Shown one piece after another: positions 1 through 8,173 of a stretch of 27,132 nt of DNA (position 1 is its first letter; each line of letters starts with the position of its first letter). The stretch covers positions 1 to 27,132 of the forward strand of contig CAZVAJ010000012.1 of the NCBI GenBank assembly GCA_964625085.1, in the 5' to 3' direction. The notes under the pieces are model-generated. The model saw only the letters and a list, made by a program, of their open reading frames with translations, searched no databases and was not told where the DNA came from. This DNA is from Candidatus Micrarchaeota archaeon. GTDB taxonomy: Archaea; B1Sed10-29; JAJSAI01. The position numbers were made by a program, and so were the translations under genes.

Positions 1-1
1 C

Positions 2-115
2 GCAACACTAAAATTGAAAAACGCACAAGACCTGAAGAAAAGGAAAAACAATCTTGCTGCGCTTGACCATACAGCCGCAGAATGGTTCCACTTACCCTTT
101 GAACCAGGGTTGTAA
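2..115 (+). CDS. Possible 3' end of a gene entering from the left edge
   Basis: Frame is open from the edge (ATLKLKNAQDLKKRKNNLAALDHTAAEWFHLPFEPGL) to TAA at 113-115, just before the next promoter. No recognisable motif. Confidence 0.3.
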   Translation, partial: ATLKLKNAQDLKKRKNNLAALDHTAAEWFHLPFEPGL

Positions 116-127
116 AAGGTTTTTATA
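114..127 (+). promoter_or_regulatory. Archaeal BRE/TATA promoter, probably giving a leaderless transcript
   Basis: AAAAGG-TTTTTATA ends 23 nt upstream of ATG 151; no Shine-Dalgarno in between. Confidence 0.6.
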
Positions 128-150
128 GCAAGAGCCCCCCTTTTTGTATT

Positions 151-984
151 ATGCGAAAACAAATTTTGATAATACTATCCATGCTAACAATAGCACTTGC
201 GCAGGGCCAGATCACAGAATACGGAGAGCCTGCTTATACCCTGGAAAAAACACAAAACACGCTTACCGTGAAAGCGCTTTCAGAGGACGCAGGATATATC
301 TTTGTCCAGTTTCCTGCAGAAGTGTCAGGAGATTCTTTCAACCTATCAGTTGATTACATGATAAAAAGCAAGAACCCAGAATACGATCCTAGTATATTCG
401 TAAGGGTATACCCTCAGGAACAAGAAGTCAGCGCGGACTGGATAAAAACCAGGACAAGCCAGGAATGCTACTACTATACTGCCAGTAATGGCGAGATGAT
501 ACCCGTGGGCGGGAACCCTGTGCTCACTGGCAGGCTTGAAGCTTACGGCAGGAGCGGGTGTATTGACAAAGACTGCGACTATTATAAGCAGGATAATACG
601 GTAACACCAATCCCTGACTCAACCTGGATTAGTAAAAGCATTCAAGCAGACTGCCCGAACAGCGGGACAGTGTACATCATTCTTGAGATGAACAAGAAAA
701 ATCCTGACTGGATAGAATGGAACTTCCGTCAGGTGAAAGTAGACGGGAACACTATCTCGTTTTCAGGGGTTGAAGAAGTAAAAGAAAACGAGACAAGCAT
801 AACAACAGAAAACAGGACAAGTGAAGAAAACAAGACCAGTATAGGAGAACAGGAAAAAGAGCAGGCCATAAACATGCTCAACCAGATGCTTGAGTACTCT
901 GCCATCGCGCTCCTGGCCATTGTTGTGGTCGCCGGAATCATGTTCATTCGGAAGAAAAAAAAGTTGGGGGTGAATCTTGAATGA
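151..984 (+). CDS. Secreted protein with a C-terminal membrane anchor, function unknown
   Basis: Sec-type signal (MRKQILIILSMLTIALAQG), beta-rich ectodomain, E/T/N-rich linker, C-terminal TM helix followed by RKKKK. Confidence 0.8.
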   Translation: MRKQILIILSMLTIALAQGQITEYGEPAYTLEKTQNTLTVKALSEDAGYIFVQFPAEVSGDSFNLSVDYMIKSKNPEYDPSIFVRVYPQEQEVSADWIKTRTSQECYYYTASNGEMIPVGGNPVLTGRLEAYGRSGCIDKDCDYYKQDNTVTPIPDSTWISKSIQADCPNSGTVYIILEMNKKNPDWIEWNFRQVKVDGNTISFSGVEEVKENETSITTENRTSEENKTSIGEQEKEQAINMLNQMLEYSAIALLAIVVVAGIMFIRKKKKLGVNLE

Positions 985-2003
985 AAAGAGGAGTATTGTT
1001 ACTGCTGCTTGTCATGGCAGTAGCAGTGGCGCAGAACGCGCCTGCAGCAGAAACTTCACAGCCCGTGGTAATACCAAAAGCAGTCAGAGCATTGTACATG
1101 GCTGGAAAAGGAATTGCAGTAAACCCAAATGACCTGACCGACTTTTCCCTGCTGAAAGCAAGTGCAGGCAGGATAAGAATCACGGATGCTGAAAAAGAGC
1201 TTGGGGTAATGCACATTGATGACAAGAGATACATAATGAAGAACATTCAAGTGGGGAACGGTTCTTTCTACGCTGAATTATACGACAGCCTGCAAGCAAA
1301 CACTTCAGCTGGAAAAATATCTCTTGACAGGATAGACAAGCCAGCTGGAGAAGTGTGGGCCGGAGTGCTATCGCTCGAAGGAAAAGAATACTACGCGTAC
1401 ATCACCGGGTTCCACAGGCCAATTCCAGTAAAAGAAGCTGTGGACCGGGTAGAAGAATTCTGCAAAGCAAACCCTGAAAACGAGAGGTGCAGGGAAGTAA
1501 AGCAAGCAGCCCAGAATAAGATAAAAGAGTACTGTGAGAACCACCCGGATGACAGAAAATGCAAGGCAGTGGTCGCAGTGTACTGCGCGAAACACACTGA
1601 TGACGCAAGCTGCAGGGCAAGACTAAAAGAGTACTGTGAAAAGAATCCTAACACCGTAGTGTGCAGGCAAGAACCAGAAGTGAAAAAAGTAATCGGAAAA
1701 AAAATAAACACAAAGATCAGGAACTGTTATGACAACTGCGTGCAAGAATGCAGAACAGAGGACACGGGCATTACTGCAGCAAGATTCTCTTGCGCGGTCA
1801 AGTGCAGAAGAGAGTGCACCTACCAGCCTGAAAAAGTGCAGCAGATAAAAGAAAGAGTAATGGAGAGAACAAGAGCAGAAAAGGTAAGAATGCCTGAACT
1901 TGCAAGACCAGTGGAAGTAGCCCCAGTAAGAACAAGAGAAGTAGCACAAAAAGGCAGTAATACCAGTGCAGGAGCAGGAAGTGGAAAGGAAGTGAACGCA
2001 TGA
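981..2003 (+). CDS. Secreted Cys-rich repeat protein, function unknown
   Basis: Signal peptide MKRGVLLLLLVMAVAVA; four (Y/F)C-x8-C units; two CxxxCxxxC motifs; ATGA overlaps with both neighbours. Confidence 0.8.
   Translation: MKRGVLLLLLVMAVAVAQNAPAAETSQPVVIPKAVRALYMAGKGIAVNPNDLTDFSLLKASAGRIRITDAEKELGVMHIDDKRYIMKNIQVGNGSFYAELYDSLQANTSAGKISLDRIDKPAGEVWAGVLSLEGKEYYAYITGFHRPIPVKEAVDRVEEFCKANPENERCREVKQAAQNKIKEYCENHPDDRKCKAVVAVYCAKHTDDASCRARLKEYCEKNPNTVVCRQEPEVKKVIGKKINTKIRNCYDNCVQECRTEDTGITAARFSCAVKCRRECTYQPEKVQQIKERVMERTRAEKVRMPELARPVEVAPVRTREVAQKGSNTSAGAGSGKEVNA
1458..1664 (+). repeat. Four intragenic (Y/F)CxxNP/HP-xxxxC peptide repeats
   Basis: FCKANPENERC, YCENHPDDRKC, YCAKHTDDASC, YCEKNPNTVVC; the 16-nt sequence TAAAAGAGTACTGTGA occurs at both 1522-1537 and 1624-1639. 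Confidence 0.8.
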
Positions 2004-2236
2004 AGAAACTGGTTCCGCTTCTGGGAATAATGCTAGTGACAGCGTTCCTGCTTGGCTGCATAGGAGAACAGCAGGAAAACACGGGCCAGGTAGCCCAGAA
2101 TAACACAGGAATCACTCCTGTTGAACAGAGTCCAGAAAACTTCAGCACAGAGCAGGAAGCAGTAGAAAGCCTGGAACAGGTCTTGAACGAGCTTGAAGAG
2201 CAGGAGCTGGCTAACACTACAGGAGAACTCGCCTAA
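2000..2236 (+). CDS. Small acidic putative lipoprotein
   Basis: MKK plus a hydrophobic stretch ending in lipobox-like LLGC, then an E/Q/N-rich tail; ATGA overlap with the upstream gene. Confidence 0.75.
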   Translation: MKKLVPLLGIMLVTAFLLGCIGEQQENTGQVAQNNTGITPVEQSPENFSTEQEAVESLEQVLNELEEQELANTTGELA

Positions 2237-2260
2237 AAACCCCTTTCCTACCCTTTTTTT
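2237..2260 (+). terminator. Pyrimidine/oligo-T terminator-like tract between convergent genes
   Basis: CCCTTTCCTACCCTTTTTTT follows the stop at 2236. Confidence 0.4.
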
Positions 2261-2444
2261 ATTCTAAGGTTATAGCGCCTACTGGACACGTGTCCCTTGC
2301 TTGCTCGCAGTTGCACGTGTTGCACGCATCAGGGTTTTTCACGTGGCTTTTTCCATCCGGCCCTATCTCGAACACTTCAGGGCACAGTGCAGCGCACGCG
2401 CCACACCCAATACACAGTCCATGGTCAACAACCGGCTTTGTCAT
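2259..2444 (-). CDS. Small [4Fe-4S] ferredoxin
   Basis: CIGCGAC-xxx-CPEVF and C-terminal CPVGAI; GGAGGT Shine-Dalgarno at 2452-2457; candidate TATA (AAAACCTTTTTTAA, minus strand) at 2483-2496. Confidence 0.93.
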   Translation of the reverse strand: MTKPVVDHGLCIGCGACAALCPEVFEIGPDGKSHVKNPDACNTCNCEQARDTCPVGAITLE

Positions 2445-2497
2445 TCTTGATACCTCCTTGCCTAAAGATGAGATGAAGAGGGTTAAAAAAGGTTTTG

Positions 2498-3451
2498 TCA
2501 GTCAACATCCACCACGCCTTCACTGGTAACAGAGAAGATTACTTCTCCTTCAGGCATGCACGGAGAGTCAACCAGTTTGGCTATTCTTTTCTCTCCTTTG
2601 CTCTTACGCAGGTATATCCTGTACGTGCTCTGATGGCCGAGGATGTTTCCTCCGATTGGCCTGGTAGGGTCACCGAACAGTATTCCAGGATTGCTCATCA
2701 CCTGGTTCGTGACATATACTGGAATGTTGTAAAGGTCGGCAATTTTCTGCAAGGCATGCAGGTGCTTGTTCAGCTTCTGCTGTCTTTCTGAAAGGGTTCC
2801 TCTTCCAACGTACTCTGACCTGAACTTTGAAGTAAGCGAGTCCACCACCACCAGTTTTATGTTCTCTTTTTCTATGACTTCTCCTGCTTTTTCCACGAGC
2901 ACCATCTGGTGGTCTGCGTTGTACGCTCTTGCCACAAGAATGTTCCTGAGAACTTCTGTCTCATCAAGCTCTTTTGCCCTGGCCAGCTGGACTACTCTTT
3001 CAGGCCTGAACGTGTTTTCAGTGTCAATGAAAAGGCACTTTCCTTCCAGTCCTCCTTTCTCTTTAGGAAGCTGGACGTTTACTGAAAGCTGCAGCGCGAG
3101 CTGGGTTTTCCCAGAACCAAACCCTCCGTAGACCTCTGTTATGGCCTGGGTTTCTACCCCTCCTCCCAGAAGCTCGTCCAGTGCCTTGGATCCAGTGGCA
3201 AGCTTTCCGACGTTCTTCCGTCTTTCAAGAATCTCTTCAGCGGTCTCAAAACCTATCTTGAGCGCGTTCCTGGCCGCCGTGATTATTTTTGCAGCAGTAG
3301 CTTCTCCTATTCCGAATTCAGAGAGTTCTCCTGCGCTTGCTACTGCTATTGCCTCAAGGCTCCTGTACCCTCCTTCCCGGAGTTTTTGCGCGGTGGTCTC
3401 GCCTACTCCGGGCAGGTCTTCAATAAATTTTATTTCTTTTGCAGCTGCCAT
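2498..3451 (-). CDS. radA: DNA repair and recombination protein RadA
   Basis: N-terminal HhH (IEDLPGVG), polymerisation motif (GFETA), Walker [20 protein letters not shown], Walker [27 protein letters not shown]. 317 aa, so no intein. Confidence 0.97.
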   Translation of the reverse strand: MAAAKEIKFIEDLPGVGETTAQKLREGGYRSLEAIAVASAGELSEFGIGEATAAKIITAARNALKIGFETAEEILERRKNVGKLATGSKALDELLGGGVETQAITEVYGGFGSGKTQLALQLSVNVQLPKEKGGLEGKCLFIDTENTFRPERVVQLARAKELDETEVLRNILVARAYNADHQMVLVEKAGEVIEKENIKLVVVDSLTSKFRSEYVGRGTLSERQQKLNKHLHALQKIADLYNIPVYVTNQVMSNPGILFGDPTRPIGGNILGHQSTYRIYLRKSKGEKRIAKLVDSPCMPEGEVIFSVTSEGVVDVD

Positions 3452-4531
3452 TCAAAGTACCTCCAACTCTTTTTCAAGATCATAATCATAGAATCCTCTT
3501 ACCACGAAATCTGTTCCAGCGTCAGTCTGCCGGGGCATTCCGTAGAAGAGTTTCTCTTCTCCAAGGATTTTATCTCTTACGGTATCATAATCGTTTTGGC
3601 CGCACGCCAGGTCTTGTCCAGTAATCTGGAGCAGGTCCTCTGCAGTGTCAAAGAAAACGACTGCTGGCACGCTTCCTGTCCTGTCAGAGAGAACCAAGGA
3701 CAAGATTGGTGAAGGTCTTTTGTCACTGCACTCGCAGCTGGTCTTGTTATGCTTTGGGCAGTAGTCAACTATTCTTGGCTTGAAAACACTGGTTATAACA
3801 GCCCGGATTTCCGCCAGTTCTCCTGCAAAGAGTTCAGAAATGCTGCGCCTTAAGCTGGAATCTGGGCTGCCTGGAACCGGAGTTATCCGGGTCTTGCTCG
3901 TAGTGTGAATCTCTTGGTTTTTTTCGACCGCGCCTTCAACTTCTATGACCTCGTTCTGGGAAACTGGCACGAAAGCACGGTCTCCCCACATAACAAGCCT
4001 CTTTTCCCTTCCTTCAACTGATATGACTGCTGTTCTGACCACCCCGTTCTTGAAAAACCTTCTTGGGAAAACCCTGACCACCCTTGCCCTGACCTTGTTC
4101 GCTTGCGTTTGAACAGCCCTGGTTATTGTTGTCCCCTTAGCATAGTGCAGTTCTCTTCCGTATTTTCCGTTCTTTTCCCTTGCTCCCGTCACCTTGATCT
4201 GTTCTCCTTGAGAGTACTCTTGTGCTTTGTCAGCATCAGAGTTCCAGAATACTAGCCTGGTCTTGCCGTTCTCGTTAGAAAGTATCAGAGAAGAGTAGTA
4301 CTTATTTTCTCCGAACTGTTTTTTTGGGTAAACTTGTTCTACCTTGAACTCCTCTGTTTTTTGTCCTGGAGCAAGGCCTTCTTCTCTTGCCACAGCATAC
4401 AGTGCTCCGTCCTCGTTAAGAAACCCGGAGTACTGTTCTTGCTTTTGCTTAACCCTTTTCTCCAGTTCCTCTTCTCCTACTAACTCAATCAGTTTTTTTC
4501 TTATGTTTTGCACGGCCACGTCCCTCCGCAT
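3452..4531 (-). CDS. rpa: Replication protein A / multi-OB-fold ssDNA-binding protein
   Basis: RPA-type N-terminus (YSGFLNEDGALYAVARE), OB-fold strands (RLVFW, RLVMWG, LSDRTGSVPAVVF), shrunken Zn finger; its stop abuts the radA start. Confidence 0.85.
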   Translation of the reverse strand: MRRDVAVQNIRKKLIELVGEEELEKRVKQKQEQYSGFLNEDGALYAVAREEGLAPGQKTEEFKVEQVYPKKQFGENKYYSSLILSNENGKTRLVFWNSDADKAQEYSQGEQIKVTGAREKNGKYGRELHYAKGTTITRAVQTQANKVRARVVRVFPRRFFKNGVVRTAVISVEGREKRLVMWGDRAFVPVSQNEVIEVEGAVEKNQEIHTTSKTRITPVPGSPDSSLRRSISELFAGELAEIRAVITSVFKPRIVDYCPKHNKTSCECSDKRPSPILSLVLSDRTGSVPAVVFFDTAEDLLQITGQDLACGQNDYDTVRDKILGEEKLFYGMPRQTDAGTDFVVRGFYDYDLEKELEVL

Positions 4532-5618
4532 GAATTATTCTTCTTATTGTCTTGTCCTCGTCCATCATCCTGATCATTTTTTCTTCCAGCTTCCCTTGTT
4601 CTAATGAGACTGCAGCAGGACCTGCTGGGAACAAAGGCAGTTCCTGAGAAAGCTTGCTTCCTTTCCGCACCTTCTCAGCAAATGCAGGAAGCTCGTCAAC
4701 AGAAAGTATTAATGGCTTGAGCGTGCTCGCTGTTGCTTCTGCTTTCATTCTCTTCTCCTGTTCTGAAACAAGAGCCTTGCGGGATTCTGGTGAGAACACT
4801 TCTACTGAACTGCGGTGCAGGAACGTTGCCTCGAAAGGGGTTACAATGCTTCCGAACGCGTTCCTCGCCCTCCATAACTCAAACTCTGCAGCCTTCTGCT
4901 CTTCAGGCGTGAGCTTTCTGTTAAAGATTATCATTGGAACCAGCTTGTCCTTTTTCGTGACATTTTTTCCAACCACCTTGCGCACCAGAAGAGGGTCTGT
5001 CAGCAGGAGCATGTGCAAGAGCGCTGTTTCCCTGACATACTTTCCAACAAGCGCCGGGCTGTTCCTGTCAGGAATCTTTTTTATCTCACCTACCAGGATC
5101 CTGTCACCCACCTTGGCTGCCACGTCAACATCAACCGTGCCCCTAACGCCCAGTATTTTTTCCTTTACCTCTTCAGGAGCCTGCTTGTAAATGTCCCCGC
5201 GCAGGCTCGCCTGCTTAAGAAGCCGTTCTTTTTCTATTGTCTTTTCAACTTTTCCGCCTTCCAGTGTCCTGTCAACAGCCTTTACTTCAACATACCCTTT
5301 TTTAGGCGCCAGGTCCTCTCTCTTTTTTACTTCCTTCTTCTTTTTCCCGGGATACATTCCCCTAAGCATGTCTTTCAACATGGCCAGACCGAACCACATT
5401 TCAGGATAAGTTGGCTTGATCTTGCCTGTTTTCCGACCTGATATTTTCACGTTGTACTTGGGCTTGAATTCCTTGAACGCTTCCTTGACCTTTTTTTCCA
5501 GAGCATACTGGGCGCCCCGCCAAGGCTGTTCTATCCGGACTTTTTTTCCTTTAGACTTCCTGCGCGTGGTTTTCACCCTCAAGCCAAAGTCCTCAAGCGT
5601 GCCTGTTTTCTTTTTCAT
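4485..5618 (-). CDS. Basic hypothetical protein with a putative PD-(D/E)xK nuclease motif
   Basis: 377-aa ORF; motif-I-like helix ALE41KKVKEAF...YNVKI and DVD165VAAK-x2-DRILVGE178IK180. Confidence 0.6.
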   Translation of the reverse strand: MKKKTGTLEDFGLRVKTTRRKSKGKKVRIEQPWRGAQYALEKKVKEAFKEFKPKYNVKISGRKTGKIKPTYPEMWFGLAMLKDMLRGMYPGKKKKEVKKREDLAPKKGYVEVKAVDRTLEGGKVEKTIEKERLLKQASLRGDIYKQAPEEVKEKILGVRGTVDVDVAAKVGDRILVGEIKKIPDRNSPALVGKYVRETALLHMLLLTDPLLVRKVVGKNVTKKDKLVPMIIFNRKLTPEEQKAAEFELWRARNAFGSIVTPFEATFLHRSSVEVFSPESRKALVSEQEKRMKAEATASTLKPLILSVDELPAFAEKVRKGSKLSQELPLFPAGPAAVSLEQGKLEEKMIRMMDEDKTIRRIIHAEGRGRAKHKKKTD

Positions 5619-5642
5619 TGTATTATTTTTACGCGGAACAGG

Positions 5643-5680
5643 ATTAATATCTTTTGGGCTTTTTGTGAAAGGTTAAAAAA
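5643..5680. promoter_or_regulatory. Divergent promoter pair
   Basis: Minus strand AAAAGATATTAAT (5643-5655) lies 24 nt before ATG 5618; plus strand GAAAGGTTAAAAAA (5667-5680) lies 22 nt before ATG 5703. Confidence 0.5.
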
Positions 5681-5702
5681 CAGCTGCTTCTTTTTAGCTG
5701 GT

Positions 5703-6365
5703 ATGGAGATCAAGAAGTACCAAAACATTTACTTTATTCCCGGTACCGGGATGAACAGCAACAGCGTGCTGGTATTGGACGAAAAAAAGCTTCTGGTAGA
5801 TCCAGGGCTTCCTGATAACTACTACCTGCTCGGGGTTCTGGAAGAGCTTGGGATAGCGCCAGAAGAAGTGGACATCGTTGTCAATACAGAACCGCATGCA
5901 GACCACTGCGGTGGAAACAGCATGTTCAAGAATGCTGAGGTGTACGCTGGAAAGGACGCTGCTGACTACATTTCTGCCGCAGACCCTAAATACACTGCAT
6001 CAGACCTATTCGGATTGAAACTGCAGAAGAGAAAAGTAAAACCCTTGTCAGACAAGCAGGAGATTCTGCTTGGTAAAACAAAGCTTGTTGTGCTGAGCAC
6101 TCCTGGGCACGCGCCAGGAGGAATTAGCTTGTACGAGCCTGATCTTAAGATACTGGTGTGCGGGGACGTTGCCTTCAAGAACGGTGTGGGTAGAACAGAT
6201 CTTCCTGGAGGGGACATGAAAAAACTAAGGAAGAGCCTAGAAAAACTAGTAACTCTGGACTTTGATGTTTTTCTTCCAGGGCATGGGCCCCCTGGGTTCA
6301 AAGTGCACATGATACAGGATTTTGAGCTTGCCAACATGCTTGCTCCTGGAGTAAGAGGGAAATAA
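5703..6365 (+). CDS. MBL-fold metallo-hydrolase (glyoxalase II-like)
   Basis: LVDPG, NTEPHADH (variant of HxHxDH), TPGH, CGD, GRTDLPGG, PGHG. Confidence 0.92.
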   Translation: MEIKKYQNIYFIPGTGMNSNSVLVLDEKKLLVDPGLPDNYYLLGVLEELGIAPEEVDIVVNTEPHADHCGGNSMFKNAEVYAGKDAADYISAADPKYTASDLFGLKLQKRKVKPLSDKQEILLGKTKLVVLSTPGHAPGGISLYEPDLKILVCGDVAFKNGVGRTDLPGGDMKKLRKSLEKLVTLDFDVFLPGHGPPGFKVHMIQDFELANMLAPGVRGK

Positions 6366-6380
6366 TACCCGGGGCAATAG

Positions 6381-6388
6381 TTTATATT
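6381..6388 (+). promoter_or_regulatory. TATA box for the egsA operon
   Basis: TTTATATT ends 23 nt upstream of ATG 6412. Confidence 0.5.
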
Positions 6389-6411
6389 ACAGTAAATAGA
6401 AAGGGAGAACC

Positions 6412-7419
6412 ATGATAAAGAAAATAGAGCTGCCTAAGAAGATCGTGATAGGAACAGGCATTCTCAGCAAGTCAGAAGAATTTGTTAACGACAGCAACCC
6501 GGTCGTGCTTACAGGCCCGACAACCGCAAAACTTGCGGGCAACAAGGTTGCAGAAGTGCTGGGTTGTCAGCAGATAGTAAAAGAAAAACAGTCAATGAAA
6601 CAGCTAAAGCAGGGGTTATTGGAATCCAGGTCAGACAGGATCTTCGCAGTAGGAGGCGGGAGTATAATAGACGCTGGGAAGATTCTTGCAAAAGAGCTTG
6701 GCATGAGTCTTGTGAGCATTCCCACTAATTGCGCCCATGATGGAATCGCATCCCCTACTGCATCAGTGAAAACAAAGAAAGGCGTCACATCTGTTGTTAC
6801 TAATCCACCGGCAGGCGTGCTAGTGGACCTTGGGGTAATAAGAAAATCGCCAAAGCGGTTCATACTAGCAGGAGTTGGAGACGTTGTCGGAAAGTACTCT
6901 GCTGTCAAGGACTGGCAGCTTGGGGCAATAATAAAAGGAGAGTACATGGGGGACTACGCAGGCCAGCTTTCGCTCATGACCGCGAAGGTTGTGATGAACA
7001 GCGTGATGGAAATAAAAAACAAAACAGAGAAAGGGCTTGCAACGCTCATAGAGGCACTCATATCAAGCGGGGCTGCTATGGGCATTGCTGGAAGCAGCAG
7101 GCCGGCGAGCGGGTCAGAACACAAGTTCTCGCATGCTCTTGACTGGCTTGGCTCTCCTGCACTACACGGAGAGCAGGTAGGGGTTGGAACGATCGTAATG
7201 TCTTACCTGCAAGGAGAAAACTGGACACGGGTAAAGAACGCGCTGAAAACAGCAGGATGTCCTACAACCGCAAGAGAGCTTGGGGTGAGCAAAGGAAAAA
7301 TGGTAAAAGCGATGATGCTCGCGAAAAAAATAAGGCCTGAAAGGTACACGATAATAGAGCACATTAACCTTAACAGGAAAATTGCTGTTAAGGCGCTTCG
7401 TGACACTGGAGTGATTTGA
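6412..7419 (+). CDS. egsA: NAD(P)-dependent sn-glycerol-1-phosphate dehydrogenase
   Basis: VGGGSIID, PTNCAHDGIAS, SSRPASGSEHKFSHALD, HGEQVG, RPERYTI; adjacent to GGGP synthase. Confidence 0.95.
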   Translation: MIKKIELPKKIVIGTGILSKSEEFVNDSNPVVLTGPTTAKLAGNKVAEVLGCQQIVKEKQSMKQLKQGLLESRSDRIFAVGGGSIIDAGKILAKELGMSLVSIPTNCAHDGIASPTASVKTKKGVTSVVTNPPAGVLVDLGVIRKSPKRFILAGVGDVVGKYSAVKDWQLGAIIKGEYMGDYAGQLSLMTAKVVMNSVMEIKNKTEKGLATLIEALISSGAAMGIAGSSRPASGSEHKFSHALDWLGSPALHGEQVGVGTIVMSYLQGENWTRVKNALKTAGCPTTARELGVSKGKMVKAMMLAKKIRPERYTIIEHINLNRKIAVKALRDTGVI

Positions 7420-8169
7420 ATGAATGGAAAAGTGTACGAGTACATGATGAAAATCCTTAAAGAAAAAGGCGCAGGGCACATGACCTTGCTTGACCCTGAT
7501 TTCGGAAGCCCTGCAGAGCTTGGCAGGATTGCTGCAAAAGCAGAAGCAGGAGGGACTGACGCGATAATGCTCGGGGGGTCAGGAGGAGACAGAAGCCTGC
7601 TTGACAGTGCAGCGCAGGAGATAAAGGATAATACCAGCATTCCCCTCATACTATTCCCTGGGAACGTGGGCGACGTTACAGGAAAGGCTGACGCGATATT
7701 CTTCATGACATTGATGAACTCAAGGTCAAGGTACTGGCTTTCCTTGGCCCAAACGTTCGCGGCCTTCACCGTAAGACGATTGGGCTTAGAGCCTATTCCA
7801 ATGTCTTACCTTGTGGTAGAAACAGGACAGAGAACGTCTGTTGACTTCTATGGTGACGTTAACCCAATACCTCGTAACAAGCCAAAGATAGCTGCCGCGT
7901 TCGCGTTGGCTGCCCAGTATCTTGGCATGAAACTGGTGTACTTGGAAGGAGGAAGCGGTGCTTCACAAACCGTGCCTGAAGAAATGATCGCGACAGTGAA
8001 AAAAGTTACAGACATTCCTGTCATAGTAGGCGGCGGCATAAACGACGGAAAGGAAGCTGCCAAAAAAGTTAAGGCAGGTGCGGACTTTGTGGTTACCGGA
8101 ACTGCTGTAGAAAAAGCAAAGGATCCTGAAAAGGCTGTTAGAGAAATCGTGACCGCGATAAGAGGGTAA
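7420..8169 (+). CDS. Geranylgeranylglyceryl phosphate (GGGP) synthase
   Basis: HMTLLDPD, TDAIMLGGS, LFPGN, YLEGGSGA, VGGGI, GADFVVTGT; 249-aa TIM-barrel prenyltransferase pattern. Confidence 0.95.
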   Translation: MNGKVYEYMMKILKEKGAGHMTLLDPDFGSPAELGRIAAKAEAGGTDAIMLGGSGGDRSLLDSAAQEIKDNTSIPLILFPGNVGDVTGKADAIFFMTLMNSRSRYWLSLAQTFAAFTVRRLGLEPIPMSYLVVETGQRTSVDFYGDVNPIPRNKPKIAAAFALAAQYLGMKLVYLEGGSGASQTVPEEMIATVKKVTDIPVIVGGGINDGKEAAKKVKAGADFVVTGTAVEKAKDPEKAVREIVTAIRG

Positions 8170-8173
8170 TGCC

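Noticed and set aside
981..1031. MKRG-hydrophobic N-terminus as a class III (pilin-type) signal for the A24 peptidase
   Set aside because: The short hydrophobic stretch ends in AVA-Q, which fits a standard signal peptidase I site better.
2498..3451. Intein in RadA
   Set aside because: The length is 317 aa and the Walker A region is uninterrupted.
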